NCBI GenBank assembly: GCA_002104945.1
Contig: MCFH01000104.1
Span: forward strand, 1 to 55,057
Reading direction: 5' to 3'
Source of the DNA: Piromyces finnis finn
Taxonomy: Eukaryota > Fungi > Neocallimastigomycota
DNA length: 55,057 bases
The notes under the pieces are model-generated. The model was not told the origin of the DNA, ran no database searches, and saw only the letters and a program-made list of their open reading frames with translations. Shown one piece after another: positions 21,761 to 34,300 of this stretch. Each line of letters begins with the position of its first letter. The stretch's first letter is position 1. The position numbers were made by a program, and so were the translations under genes.

Positions 21761-22172
21761 TAGACTAAGAAGAGAATACACTTCTTTTTGTATTTATTTA
21801 TTTAATTTGCTATAATAAATGATAAATAAAAATAATAATAATATATATATATATAAAATAATTATTAAAGTTGCATAATGGTTCAATAACTCTACAATTC
21901 GTACTGTGTGGGATTGGTCCCTACCTAATAAAATGAAATAAAAAAGAAGAGTAACATCAGGTATGATAGTGTGATGTCCACTAAATTCTCTCATGAGCTC
22001 ATAATGTTTTCATTCGAAGAAATACTAACATTGAATCCTGTGTACGGAAAATTTGGAATATTCCTTTGCCATATATTCGGTACGACGTAAAACCTCTACA
22101 TATGGAACATGAGACCCCGATGAACTGTAAAGATGTTCATTCAAATGTCTTTGTTCCACCAAGAAGGAACGT
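21761..22172 (-). mobile_element. Internally deleted 3' fragment of LINE family B
   Basis: Shares long blocks with 40916-41400 and 42030-42480 (agact...agagaatacacttct, ggtccctacctaataa, ttcattcgaagaaatactaacattgaa, acatatggaacatgagaccccgatgaactgtaa). Confidence 0.8.
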
Positions 22173-22291
22173 GATATATATATTTTATTTTAATTTTTTT
22201 TTTTCATTTTAAATAATATATATTTTTTTTTATTATTATTCTTATTATTCTTATTCTTATTCTTTATCTTATTCTTTATCTTATTAGAATA

Positions 22292-22334
<43 letters not shown>

Positions 22335-22577
22335 ATAGATAGATATTTTCAATAATAATTAAAAAGAAAAAAAAGAAAATCTAAAAAATCTTAAGAAAAT
22401 TAGGAAATTAATGATATATTTAATACTACTCTTTATTTTTTTTATATCTCTACTTTTTATTTTCAGAATTTTTTTTTTTTTTTTTTTTTTTGTAAGATTA
22501 ATGGTAATTCTTTTAAATGTTATTTTTATTACTTTCATAAATAAAATCTATAATTTTTTCTTAGACATATGTTATAA

Positions 22578-24766
22578 TTATGAAAAGTCAGTTTTATTTG
22601 GAGTAAATGAGGTAGATGTAGTATTTGGATTAGTGAATACACTTTCTAAAGATTTTGGCATAGCGACATTCATAAAAGACATACTACTTGGAATGGGATT
22701 TGACATATTTAAGGAGTGCTTTGAATGAATGGTACTATCATATTTTTCCTCGATTTTTTCTTTATTTAATGATATTTCTATTTCTTTTATTTTATTCTTA
22801 AATTCAATAATTTGTTTGTCATTATCTGTTTGGTCAAATAATTTAAAAAGATAGCTTTCTGGATTGAGGTAAAGATTTTGTGGTGTATCAAATTCTTTAA
22901 TTTTACCTACAAAATAGTAATTAATTTACATTTACATTTATTAACAAGATTAATAATTGTATATTGATATTTTTTTTATAGTTTTTTTTAAAATAAATAT
23001 AAATTTTCTATATTTATTACCTTTTTCCATAATCATTACACGATCTGCTTTAACTGCATGTCTAAATTTGTTTGAGATGATTACTAAAGTTTTATTTTTA
23101 AACACTGTGTGAATAATTTCTTCTATCTTTTTTTCCGCCATTTCATCTAATGGGACTACTGATTCTATATAACAATAAAAACAATAGATCTTTTTAGTAT
23201 ATTTAAAACTTCATTTTATTTTTTTTTTTGTATTTTTTTTTTTTTTTTTTGTTGATTAATAATGTATTAAATATATTAAGTTCATATCTTACCATCATAA
23301 ACAACAATATTATTGTCCAGTACAACAATTCTTGCTATCATAAATAACATACATTGTAATAATGAAAAGTTTCTTCCGTTATCAATAATAATAGTTTCTA
23401 ATTTTTCAGGCAATAATTGAATGTCATCATATAATGATACTTTTCTTAAAGCTATTAAATATGAATTTAAATATAAACCAATGTGTTAAAAGTTAATATT
23501 TAGTTTATTCGGTATAGTATATTGAATTTATTATAAAATAAAAATGATTATATTACCATCCCAAATTTCCCTATCGGAATGCTCATTAAATGGATCTAAA
23601 TTGGAACGTACAGTACCTCCAAAAAGTACAGGTTCTATTAAAATATTTATAATTAAAAAGGTTGTTTAATAATATTTAAAGTATATATGAAATAATTATG
23701 AGTGCTTTTTTTTCATTATAATGAATATAATAAACAAAACATAATTTTACCTTGTGGAATAATACCAATATTACTTCTTAAAGTTTCTAAACGAATATTC
23801 TTTATATCAATTCCATCAACTTTAATACTACCTTCAGAAAGTTCTAACATTCTAAGTAAACCCATCATGAGGGTGGTTTTTCCACTGCCACTTGATCCAA
23901 GAATACCAATTGTTTCTTTTGGATTAATAGTAAATGATATAGATTTAAGAATAGCAACAGTATACTTATAGTAGCGAACTTCTACATCTTCAAATTCAAT
24001 TTTACCTTCAGTTGGCCAACCTTTTGGCACATTTATGAATTTTTTATCTGAATTTTCTTCCTTTGGTATGCGACTTGTATAATTTTGAAGAGTGGCACAA
24101 CTAGTCATAGCACTATGAACATCATAAATAGTACGGAAAAGCCATGGAAGATAAAGAATAATAGAAACAGCATTAGTTAAACTAAGACCAGCAACAGCTG
24201 GTGTCATTTTTTTAATAAAGAAAGTATTTTCCTTAAATATTACAATAAAGAGAGCTGTTAAAAAAATAAAAAGACTTGAAACAATATCAATATTGAATGC
24301 TTTCCATGTTTGAACGGAAGCCAATGAAAAGAAATATTTATGATTTTTATCAATATAATGCTTGTATTCTTTTTCAAATTCCTTTTGGAGTTGATATATT
24401 TTAATATTACGGAAACCATCTAATGTTGTTGTTAAATGACAGAATATTTCAGTTTTTGATTGCCCTTCTTGAATTTGAAGACGATGTTCTACTGATTTCG
24501 AATATTTTAATATAAGGGCAATAAGAATAATATATATTGGTAATGTTGCCCAGAAGTATGGAACAAATAAACAAACGATTACAACAGTACCCAATATTAA
24601 TGGACAATAATAAAGAAATTGAAGTAACGAATCAGGTAAAAATTCGTCAACCAAAAATAAATGTTTTGCAAATACTGATAAAATAGTACTAATAGGGGTA
24701 TTAGCAAAAAAAACCATAGGAGCATTTAAAATAGCCTATTAATTTTCGGAATAATTTATGTTTTTA

Positions 24767-24799
<33 letters not shown>

Positions 24800-27471
24800 G
24801 TTATTATTATTATTATTATAAAAATAGCATATAATATTAATTCTAAATACTTACTTTTAATATACCATTATGATAAGCAATGCTTTTTCTAAAAATAACC
24901 CAACAAAAGAATAATCCTCTTAATGAAACCCCTAAAACTAATGCTATAGCTAATACAGCATATATATAGATATATTCATTATCGTATTCTCTATCTATAA
25001 ACCATTTTAAATAATAATCTGATATTATAATATTAGTATATTTATTAATAAAATGAAAAATATAAATTAATTTAAATTTAATACTCTTAAAACGTACCAC
25101 TGAAAAATCTAATACCATGAACAGCAAAAAAAACTACAACCAAAAATACAGTAAGTAATGCACCAGGTGATGTTACAATATAACTTTTATAAGCTTCTAA
25201 ATATTTTAATTTAGTTGGAACATTTTCTTCTGATGTATTATTTATTGAATTAACGTTAACACTATTAACTGTGTGAATTGTCATTTGGTTTTGTTCGATA
25301 GTTTTATATAAAGTATCTTGATGAATAGATTTTGGTTTTCTTGTACCATTAATAAATGTGTGATTATTTTCAATAGCTTTGGACATAGTATATTCGTTAA
25401 GTTCATTTGTTTTTAAATTTTGAAGATGACTTACAGTTATTTCATTATCCATTTCAATGTTTGAATGTAAATCCATATCAACATTATATTCTTGTTCACT
25501 TGATTCTTCTTCTAAATTTAAAATATCATTTTGAAGTTGTATAACCTTTAACTTTTTTAATTGATCATAATTATCACACTCTATGATAGCACCGTTATCC
25601 ATAATCATAATTTCGTCAAAAAGTTTTAAATATTTTTTATCCTGGGTAAACATAATGACAGTTTTATCCTTAAAAAAATCTTCAATACAATTTTTATAAA
25701 GAAGACCTTCAATTGGATTTTCAAAAGTAAGGAATGGATCGTCCAAAATAACAATATCAGGTTGACTATAGAGACAACGAGCAATACAAACTCTTTGTTT
25801 AAAATTATTCGAAAGGTTTAAGTTTTCATTTGATATGTCATTAAGATCCTGAGGATCCATACGTGCAACGTCATAGTTAATGAAAGTTAAAGTTAATATA
25901 TGTTTATATAAGATTTCATCAAATTTTTCTCCTAAAATAATATTATCACGAAGAGATCCTTTTATAATCCATGGTTGTTGTGAAATATATCCTACCTTTC
26001 CATTCATATAGGCTGTACCCGATTCCAAAATTAATTGACCTAATAAAGCATCCATTAGATTTATACATGTAGCAATTTCACCAACCACGGCAATTTTATC
26101 TCCTCTTCTTACAATAAGATTAAGATAGCCAAGTTTTAACGGAATATTATTATCATAAATAAATTTTGCATCTTTCATGAAAATAGAAATATCCTGAGTT
26201 TCTCTACCATTTTCGTCTCTAATAATATCATAATTATCAATACCATTATTGAAAGTTTCTGGTAATACAAAGTATTTATCAATTTTTCTTAATGAAAAGT
26301 ATGCATCAATTGCACTTCTAATTGATGTAGGAAGTACTGAGAGTGGATAACGTAAACTATTAAATATTGAGAGAATGGTAAAAGTAATAGCTGGTGACAT
26401 TGACTTTTTTTCAATGGCATAATAAAGTACTAATGAAAAGAGTGTAGATATCATTGGTGCAACAAACACAATGATTAGTGATTTACAACGATTAAATATA
26501 ACCTTTCTGATTTTTTTAATTTCTTTATATCTAATTTCATTAACCTTGTCTTCAAAAAAGCGCTCCCATGAATAGAATTTAATTAGTTTTATAACTGTTA
26601 AAATTTCTGACATTAAACGTACACGATCTCTTATATTCTTTGTTGATTTTAAAGAATAAGTAGATGTTTGAATTGCTAAGTAAATTTGAACTGGTATAAA
26701 AATTATTAAAATAAACCCTATCGCAGGTAAAGATGATTTTTCAATTTCAAAATAAGCTAGTACACATATTACAATTGCTTCCAGTATTGATGACCATAAA
26801 TAATGAAGATTAACACAAACCTCTGCTATTCTATTACAATCATTAGATATTAAATTAACAATAACACCCATTCCATTTGCCAAAGCACTTAATGTTAGTA
26901 ATTTCCTATATATTAAAACCATTAAGCCAGATCTTACCTATGTAATCAATTTATTATATTTATCATTAATAAAGTGAAAAAATTACAAATTATTAAAAAT
27001 CTAATAACTTACCCTCATACCAATTTTTGTACATTGAATATGTAGTTGATTATGGCATATTGTAGAGAAAAGAAAAGTTAGCAGAAAAGCAAATGCATTT
27101 AAGTAGCCCATATATTCATCTGCAATTCCCTTCTTATAACTATCTATATAACATACAGCCTTTTTTACTAAATAATAAAAACCTGTCCATGTGAAAAATA
27201 TCCATAGTATCTCCCATATAGCTAAAAAAGAAAAACTTTTACCAAAAGCTCGTATAATAGCTTTAAATATTGAAGGATTTCCTTGATGTTTTTCAACTTC
27301 TATTCTCCATGCATTATGTAAATCTTTCCCTGTTTTTTTTGATGATTCATTTTTACCTAAATGAAATTTTAATTCTGAAAAATCTTTACTTTTTATTAAA
27401 TATATTAAACGATATACCCAAAGGTATAACATTTCTGATACAAAATTACTTGATAGTGAAATGTGATGCAT
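22578..27471 (-). CDS. ABCC/MRP-family protein with degenerate nucleotide-binding domains, 8 exons, ~1385 aa
   Basis: GT-AG exons that keep frame: 27471-27013, 26937-25098, 25018-24855, 24735-23751, 23634-23557, 23451-23293, 23164-23021, 22906-22578 (4158 nt). ABCC motifs present: [10 protein letters not shown]-like [59 protein letters not shown]. Confidence 0.88.
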
Positions 27472-29236
27472 TTTTTATTTAATATTTATTATGTAAAATT
27501 TTAAATCAGAAAAATGTGTTTTTATTACTTTTGTTGATTTAATATAAGTTTTTTTTTATTATTCTTATTGATTTAAGTTTTTTTTTTTTTATTATTATTA
27601 TTAAAAATCTTTAGTAAACAATTATTTTTTTTAATAATATTTTAAATGCAATTATATATTTTGTTTTGAATAAAATTATTGATTGTATACTAGATTATTT
27701 ACTTAATTTATATATATTTTTTATTTATATGTAATTTTTGGTGGTATATAAATTTTAATCTCAAAATTACATAGAAACTGAAATTGAATGAATAAATATT
27801 AATTATTTTGTCAGTTTATATTATTTAAAATGCAAATAAATATATATATATATATATTTTATAAATGTAAACTGAAATTGTGTATTATTATTCTCAAATA
27901 AATATAAAGAAAATAGATATTATTGATACATAAACAATTTGTGTACGATAATTGAAATATTAATTTTTGCTTCAATATGGTAACATTATTAAAATTTATT
28001 TAATCAATAGTAGAATCATTACCTTCTATTAATAATTAACATTATAGTTTTTATAATTATTAATAAAAGAATAAAATATATCAATAAAAAAATATAATTT
28101 TTATTGAAAATTCTGTATAATTATACAATTTCTAATTATTTTACTGAAATGAATTGGATAAATTCTAATTTTATTGGAAAAAAGTATAATTTTTTTTTTT
28201 TCAATGAATAATAAATTAGTTTATTCTTTCAAAATTATATACTTTAAATGAAATTAAAAAAGATTTGATTAAAGTAAATTAAGTTCAAATTAAATGGAGT
28301 TTATGATATATCGTTGATATAGATTATATATATAAAAGAAAAAAATAATAAAATGATATGTAAAATAAATGATATGTATATGAATTTTTAATAAAGCCTC
28401 ATATATTTAATATAATGATTTTAATTGCTCGATTAAATAATTATTTTTACTATATTATACATATATCAATTTTTAATATGTTCTTACATACATAGACCAT
28501 AATTCTTTTTCTAGAATTTTTATAATATTTTCCTTTTGGTCTTTATTTTTTTTTTTTTTTTTTTTCAAATAATTAAAAAAAAAAGTTTATAAAATTTGTG
28601 TAATATTATTATTATATGACATTTTTTATTAATTATAATTTACTTATAATTAAAATTTATTCACTTATTTAATAATAAAGATTTAGAAAAAACAAATATT
28701 GGTTGGATAAATCATGATATATTGAAAATAGAAAATATGAAGATATTTATTAAATTATATATATGCATAATTTCAAACCAATAATATTGTTCTATTTTTT
28801 ATTTTTTTGTTTTATAATAAAAATAATTATTATAAAGCAAATATATTATGTAAAATTTATTATAAAGATATTATTGAATTTATCATATAATGATATCTTT
28901 TATAATTATAAAAAAAAATATAGAGTTTGAGGTCTTTTTATAACTAAATCAATATTCCATAAAGTTAAAAAACTTTTTTTTATTATTATACAATTAATAA
29001 ATAAGCATAATATATACAAAATATACACTCAATATAATATTTATATAAATATTACACTATTAAATTGTACAGAAAATGCATTGGCTAAGAAAAATTAAAA
29101 ATAATTTAATGTATCAAATGAACAATAAGGGTTAGTTTTATTCAAAAACTTTAAATTACATAAATTTTTAATATAAAACTTATAACTCAATAAATTAATA
29201 ATATAATACATTAATGAAAACCTAATTTTACTCTAT

Positions 29237-29608
29237 TATCACAAATTACATTTATTTGGGATTGTATTATTTAGGAAAGGTGCGTCGTATTTTTGAGGGG
29301 TAGATTTTGATCCCCTCTAAAACGATGCATTTCCTAAATCTTGTATAATTAGATCTTATTAATCTTATTTTATATTTGTTTATGTTAATTTTTTGAAAAA
29401 TGGAATAAATCTAAGAAGGAAGTATCACAAATTACATTTATTTGGGATTGTATTATTTAGGAAAGGTGCGTCGTATTTTTGAGGGGTAGATTTTGATCCC
29501 CTCTAAAACGATGCATTTCCTAAATCTTGTATAATTAGATCTTATTAATCTTATTTTATATTTGTTTATGTTAATTTTTTGAAAAATGGAATAAATCTAA
29601 GAAGGAAG
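29237..29608. repeat. 186-bp tandem duplication covering the 3' end and 3' flank of the acyltransferase gene
   Basis: tatcacaaattac...ctaagaaggaag at 29237-29422 and 29423-29608. Each copy contains a ~70-bp imperfect hairpin (29270-29338 and 29456-29524). Confidence 0.93.
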
Positions 29609-30855
29609 ATTACAGTTGCTGTAGTAGTAAATACTAATGTTCCAAAAATAGGCATCCAGAAAAGTGGATTAAATGAAAGAGATGTTAATTTTGTAAAGCG
29701 AACTATTATATCAAGGACTGCCATATGAGCAAGATATATGCCAAAGGAACATTCAGATAATTTTAATATTAATTTATTAATAAATTTATTGTTTTCCATA
29801 ATATTATTAATCCAATTACTGAGTTTATACTTGAAGAATAAAAATACACCTAAAACTGTCATTGTAATATTTATGTTATTATTCTTGGAAAATTGTATTC
29901 TGTTATGTTTTTTTTGAATATAATTAGTACTAAATCTTAAAACATGCGTACTAATAAAGCCAACAATACCAATTATATAGAAATATGTAATATATTTTTT
30001 GTTTTTAAATTCTTGTGTATTTAATAAATATCCTAAGATATAATAAGCAGAATAATATCCATTTATTTCAAACATATGTTTTTTAATATAATCATCAACC
30101 AAGCTTAGATTAAAGTTAAAGAAAATCTTCATAAAATCAATGAAGGTTGGAATGAAATGGTATATAATAATAAAATAGATTACGAAATACCATGCTACAT
30201 CTCTCTTTTCTGTAATACATTTATAGATTGGTGTGAGTATATATAAGCCTATAACAAAAAATAAATACCATAGATGACCACCATTTTTACCTAAAACAAT
30301 ACCTGTAATAGCTGTTTTACATTCTTCCAAATTAAAATGATGTTCCTTTTTTCCTACATTTACAATATATTCATTAATAAGATTATAATATAATGACCAA
30401 AATACTAGACTGATGAACAATCTACGAATATACTTTCCGTATAAAACTTTCAAAGGTATTTTTTTCTTTGGATTTAAAAAGAGTGAGCCACTAATAAGAA
30501 TAAAAAGTGGAACACAACCTAATGGTAAACCATAATAAATAGATAAAACCATACCATTAAAAGTTTTAACATCAATATTGACGTAAAAAAAAGAACAATG
30601 AAGGAATACAACTAAATAGCAAGCTAATACTCTTAACCAATCAATCCAATAAACTCTTTTTTTTGAGTTTTGATTATTGTTATTATTTTTATTATTGTTG
30701 TTGGAAACATCTGGATTAGTTAATGATTTTAATTGTATATCATTATTGTCATTATTTTCATCATTATTTATAAGTATTTTTTCTTCACTATTATCATCAG
30801 CTATATTAATATTACTATCCTTAATGTAATTTAGTGATTCTGTTGAAACATTCAT
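29566..30855 (-). CDS. Acyltransferase family 3 (OafA/WecH-like membrane O-acyltransferase)
   Basis: Intronless, 429 aa, about 10 hydrophobic segments. Motifs WIDWLRVLACYLVVFLH, VPLFILISGSLFL, HLWYL and SFGIYLAH. Confidence 0.88.
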   Translation of the reverse strand: MNVSTESLNYIKDSNINIADDNSEEKILINNDENNDNNDIQLKSLTNPDVSNNNNKNNNNNQNSKKRVYWIDWLRVLACYLVVFLHCSFFYVNIDVKTFNGMVLSIYYGLPLGCVPLFILISGSLFLNPKKKIPLKVLYGKYIRRLFISLVFWSLYYNLINEYIVNVGKKEHHFNLEECKTAITGIVLGKNGGHLWYLFFVIGLYILTPIYKCITEKRDVAWYFVIYFIIIYHFIPTFIDFMKIFFNFNLSLVDDYIKKHMFEINGYYSAYYILGYLLNTQEFKNKKYITYFYIIGIVGFISTHVLRFSTNYIQKKHNRIQFSKNNNINITMTVLGVFLFFKYKLSNWINNIMENNKFINKLILKLSECSFGIYLAHMAVLDIIVRFTKLTSLSFNPLFWMPIFGTLVFTTTATVIFLLRFIPFFKKLT

Positions 30856-31575
30856 ATTCAGTATTTAAATTATATAAAGTTGAATAAATTTTTGAATTTT
30901 TTTATGAATATTATATATATTTTAAATAAAAGAATAAATTTTTGAATTTTTTTATGAATATTATATATATTTTAAATAAAAAATAAAAAGAACAATGAGA
31001 ACTACTAAATATAAAGACTGAAAAAATATTTTTTAATGAAACAATATCCAATTATATTTATTTTAATCTATATATAAGATAAGTTTTTATTTCCTTAAAA
31101 AAAATATAATATATTATATCTATTTATAATATAATTAATATTAATCTATTCAAACTACTTGTCATTTACATCGTGGCTGAAACACATTCCAATACATTTG
31201 TTATATGTTTCACATATTCACATATAAAATAAACCAGAATGTTTGTAGAAATGTTAATTATATGTTTATGAATATTTATGATTGAATATATAGATAGATA
31301 TTTAATGGTATTGTATATAAATTGACATTATGAATAGTTCTTTTAAAATATAATATTTTAATTTTATATTGGCAATTATAATATATTAATAATAAAATTC
31401 AAAATAATTAGCACCATATTCTCCGTCTACTGTACAAGCAATATTACTTGTTCCGTCCAAACTTTTATATCCATTTGATAATAAACATATCCTTGATGTT
31501 TTTATCTTCACAGTAGATATAGAATGGTTGTGTAATTTTCTCCTTTGGAATAATAGTGTCCGGCATTTTGATTCC

Positions 31576-31611
31576 ACTTCTAAGAATCCTCTTAAGAGGA
31601 TTCTTAGAAGT
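31576..31611. repeat. Perfect 36-bp palindrome
   Basis: acttctaagaatcctcttaagaggattcttagaagt equals its own reverse complement. Confidence 0.95.
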
Positions 31612-32902
31612 TGTTAATTTAGGTTTTTTTAATTATGTCAACTTTATTAATATAATTTATGATAAAGAAACTACTATTGTTACATACTATTCAAATTATG
31701 TGTATTTATATATTATATCGTGGCTTAAATAATTAATAAAAATACAATACATTCAAATATATTTAAATGCATCCAAATACATGAGCCACAATTTCCCATT
31801 TCTTATATTCTTACAAAAATATTACATTCTATAATTATATGTATTAAATTATAGAATGTAATACATAGAAGCTTAGCTTAATTTATTTATCAAATGTTAT
31901 TTGGCAATTATTATAGGATACTTCAAATTTAAATTAAAAAAAGTTAAAGAATCTAAACATTAATAACCAACAAAACTGTAAGTAGAAATTCTTAAAATCA
32001 TTTATTTTTTTACATAATTTTTCTAAATTTAAACACTTATATAATTTAATTATAAATACTTTGAAGATTTTAAATTATTTTTTTTTTTTTTTGTATATTT
32101 CTAAAAGAATCTAAAATTTAATCTATATATCTATATTCAAAAATAGTTATGGTTGTGACTCTAATCATGAATTAACTGTATTAAAATGCTTTTGGAAATT
32201 AATAATATTAAAGTTTATTTTTTAAGCTTAAAAAATCAACTTTAATATTTTTAATTTTCAAATATATAAAAAAGAAATAATTTAAAAAAATGAAATATTA
32301 TAGTAATATAATAAGCAATCAAAGTATTAGAAAGATATATATCCTCAATTGAAATGACAGAAAAATAACAACATTCATACCTAATCTTTTAAATTAAAAT
32401 AGTATAAACTCCAACTTAAAACTTAAAATTTTATATAATAAAAAAATTTTAATTTTTTGCAGGCCGCTTGCCATATATTACTATAAATAAAAATAATTTA
32501 CTAATTAATTTCTAATAAATAAGATATAATTTAATTTATTATTATAACAATATAATATATTCAAATTCGTTTTTGTTTATTTAATTAGAATCAACACTAT
32601 ATTTTAATGTTACACAATTTCGAATTAATATATTTCACATATAATTAATTATTTATTAATATATATAAATTAATTAATATTATATAATAATAAAAAATAA
32701 TAAACCAAAATATTTTATTTCTATATATAAATAAAATTATTCTTTTTTTTTTTTTTTAAAATTTAATTTTTAAGAGTAATTTCTTTTTTTTTAAAATTTT
32801 AATTTTTGAGAGTAAAATAATTTGGCATAATTAGATTAGTATACATTATTAATATACATATAATTGATATTCATAAATTCTTTTACAAAGAAAAATACTA
32901 TA

Positions 32903-34300
32903 ATGAAGAAATTGATTTTTATAACAATATTAGCAGGATTAAATGTATCAAAAATAACTGCTAAAGATTGTTTTTCACTTAAATTGGGTTACCCATGTTG
33001 TTCTACTACTACAACAGTAGTTACTTCAGATAGTGATGGCGATTGGGGTATTGAAAATAATAGTTGGTGTGGTATTGAAAAGAAAATGAAAATTAGTTTC
33101 CCCTTCTTTGGTGGATTTAATTGGAATAATAAAGCAATTAATGCTGCTTCTCCAAACATGAATGTTAATAATTTAAATATCAATAATAATAATAATGCAT
33201 TCAATGGTTGGGCATTCAATCCATGGAATTGGTGGAAAGGTAATTCCAATGCTAACGCCAACTCAAACGTGAATCCAAATACAAATTTTAATAGTAATTT
33301 TAATATCAATAATAATATAAATACAAATACTAATTTAAATACAAATAATAATGCTAATGTAAATTCCAATGTTAATACTAATACAAAAAATCCTAACACA
33401 AATAACAATAATAATATTAATGGAAATGTTAATATCAATAACAAGATTAATAATAATGGTAATACAAATATTAATAAAAATAATAATGCCAATAGTAATA
33501 CAAATACAAATAACGTTAACATTAATAATAATTGGAATACAAATACAAATAATAATGTTAATATTAATAAAAATAATAACACACAAAAGCCAAATTCAAA
33601 TACAAACAACAATAACAATAATAACAATAATAGTAATTCTGTTGGTAGTCTTCCCGATGTTATTGGTGGAAAATCAGGTGTTACTACAGCCTATTGGGAT
33701 TGTTGTGTTGCTTCTTGTTCTTGGGATGCTAACGTTTCGGGTAGTAAGCCAGTTAAAGCATGTCGTAAAGATGGAGTATCTCTTGTTACCGAAGAACTTT
33801 GGAAAGTTAAAAGTGTATGTGATAATGGTGATGCCTATATGTGTAATGATCAACAACCGATTGTAATTAATGAAAAACTTTCATATGGTTTTGCTGCTTC
33901 TCATGATCCATGTTGTTCTTGTCAAAGACTTCAATTTACTTCTGGTCCAATTAAGGGAAAACAAATGATTGTTCAAATTACTAATACTGGTTCTGATGTT
34001 GGTACTAATCATTTTGATATTCAAATTCCAGGTGGTGGTGTTGGTATTTTCAATGGTTGCTCAAAACAATGGGGTGCGCCAAATGATGGTTGGGGCAGAC
34101 GTTATGGTGGTGTAACAACAAAATCTGAATGTAGTCAACTTCCATCCCAGCTTAGAGCCGGTTGTGAATGGAGATTTGGATGGTTTGGTAGTTCTGATAA
34201 TCCAAATGTTGTTTATGAACGTGTTCAATGTCCAAAGGAACTTACTAGGATTTCTGGTTGTGTTCTTCCAGATGATGCTAAGCAAAAGAAAGTTGTTTAA
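32903..34300 (+). CDS. GH45 endoglucanase with an N-terminal fungal dockerin (CBM10/NCDD) and an Asn-rich linker
   Basis: ATG at 32903 gives signal peptide [20 protein letters not shown]. Dockerin [11 protein letters not shown]...[16 protein letters not shown]45 motifs TTAYWDCC and [18 protein letters not shown] retain both catalytic Asp; also WGRRYGG and GCEWRFGWF. Confidence 0.93.
   Translation: MKKLIFITILAGLNVSKITAKDCFSLKLGYPCCSTTTTVVTSDSDGDWGIENNSWCGIEKKMKISFPFFGGFNWNNKAINAASPNMNVNNLNINNNNNAFNGWAFNPWNWWKGNSNANANSNVNPNTNFNSNFNINNNINTNTNLNTNNNANVNSNVNTNTKNPNTNNNNNINGNVNINNKINNNGNTNINKNNNANSNTNTNNVNINNNWNTNTNNNVNINKNNNTQKPNSNTNNNNNNNNNSNSVGSLPDVIGGKSGVTTAYWDCCVASCSWDANVSGSKPVKACRKDGVSLVTEELWKVKSVCDNGDAYMCNDQQPIVINEKLSYGFAASHDPCCSCQRLQFTSGPIKGKQMIVQITNTGSDVGTNHFDIQIPGGGVGIFNGCSKQWGAPNDGWGRRYGGVTTKSECSQLPSQLRAGCEWRFGWFGSSDNPNVVYERVQCPKELTRISGCVLPDDAKQKKVV

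Noticed and set aside
22411-22728. 105-aa plus-strand ORF and 23702-23971 ORF
   Set aside because: Antisense to exons of the minus-strand ABCC gene, or low-complexity T-rich sequence.
32989-33866. Hydrophobic 212-, 165- and 83-aa ORFs overlapping GH45
   Set aside because: Alternative frames of the AAT-rich Asn linker.
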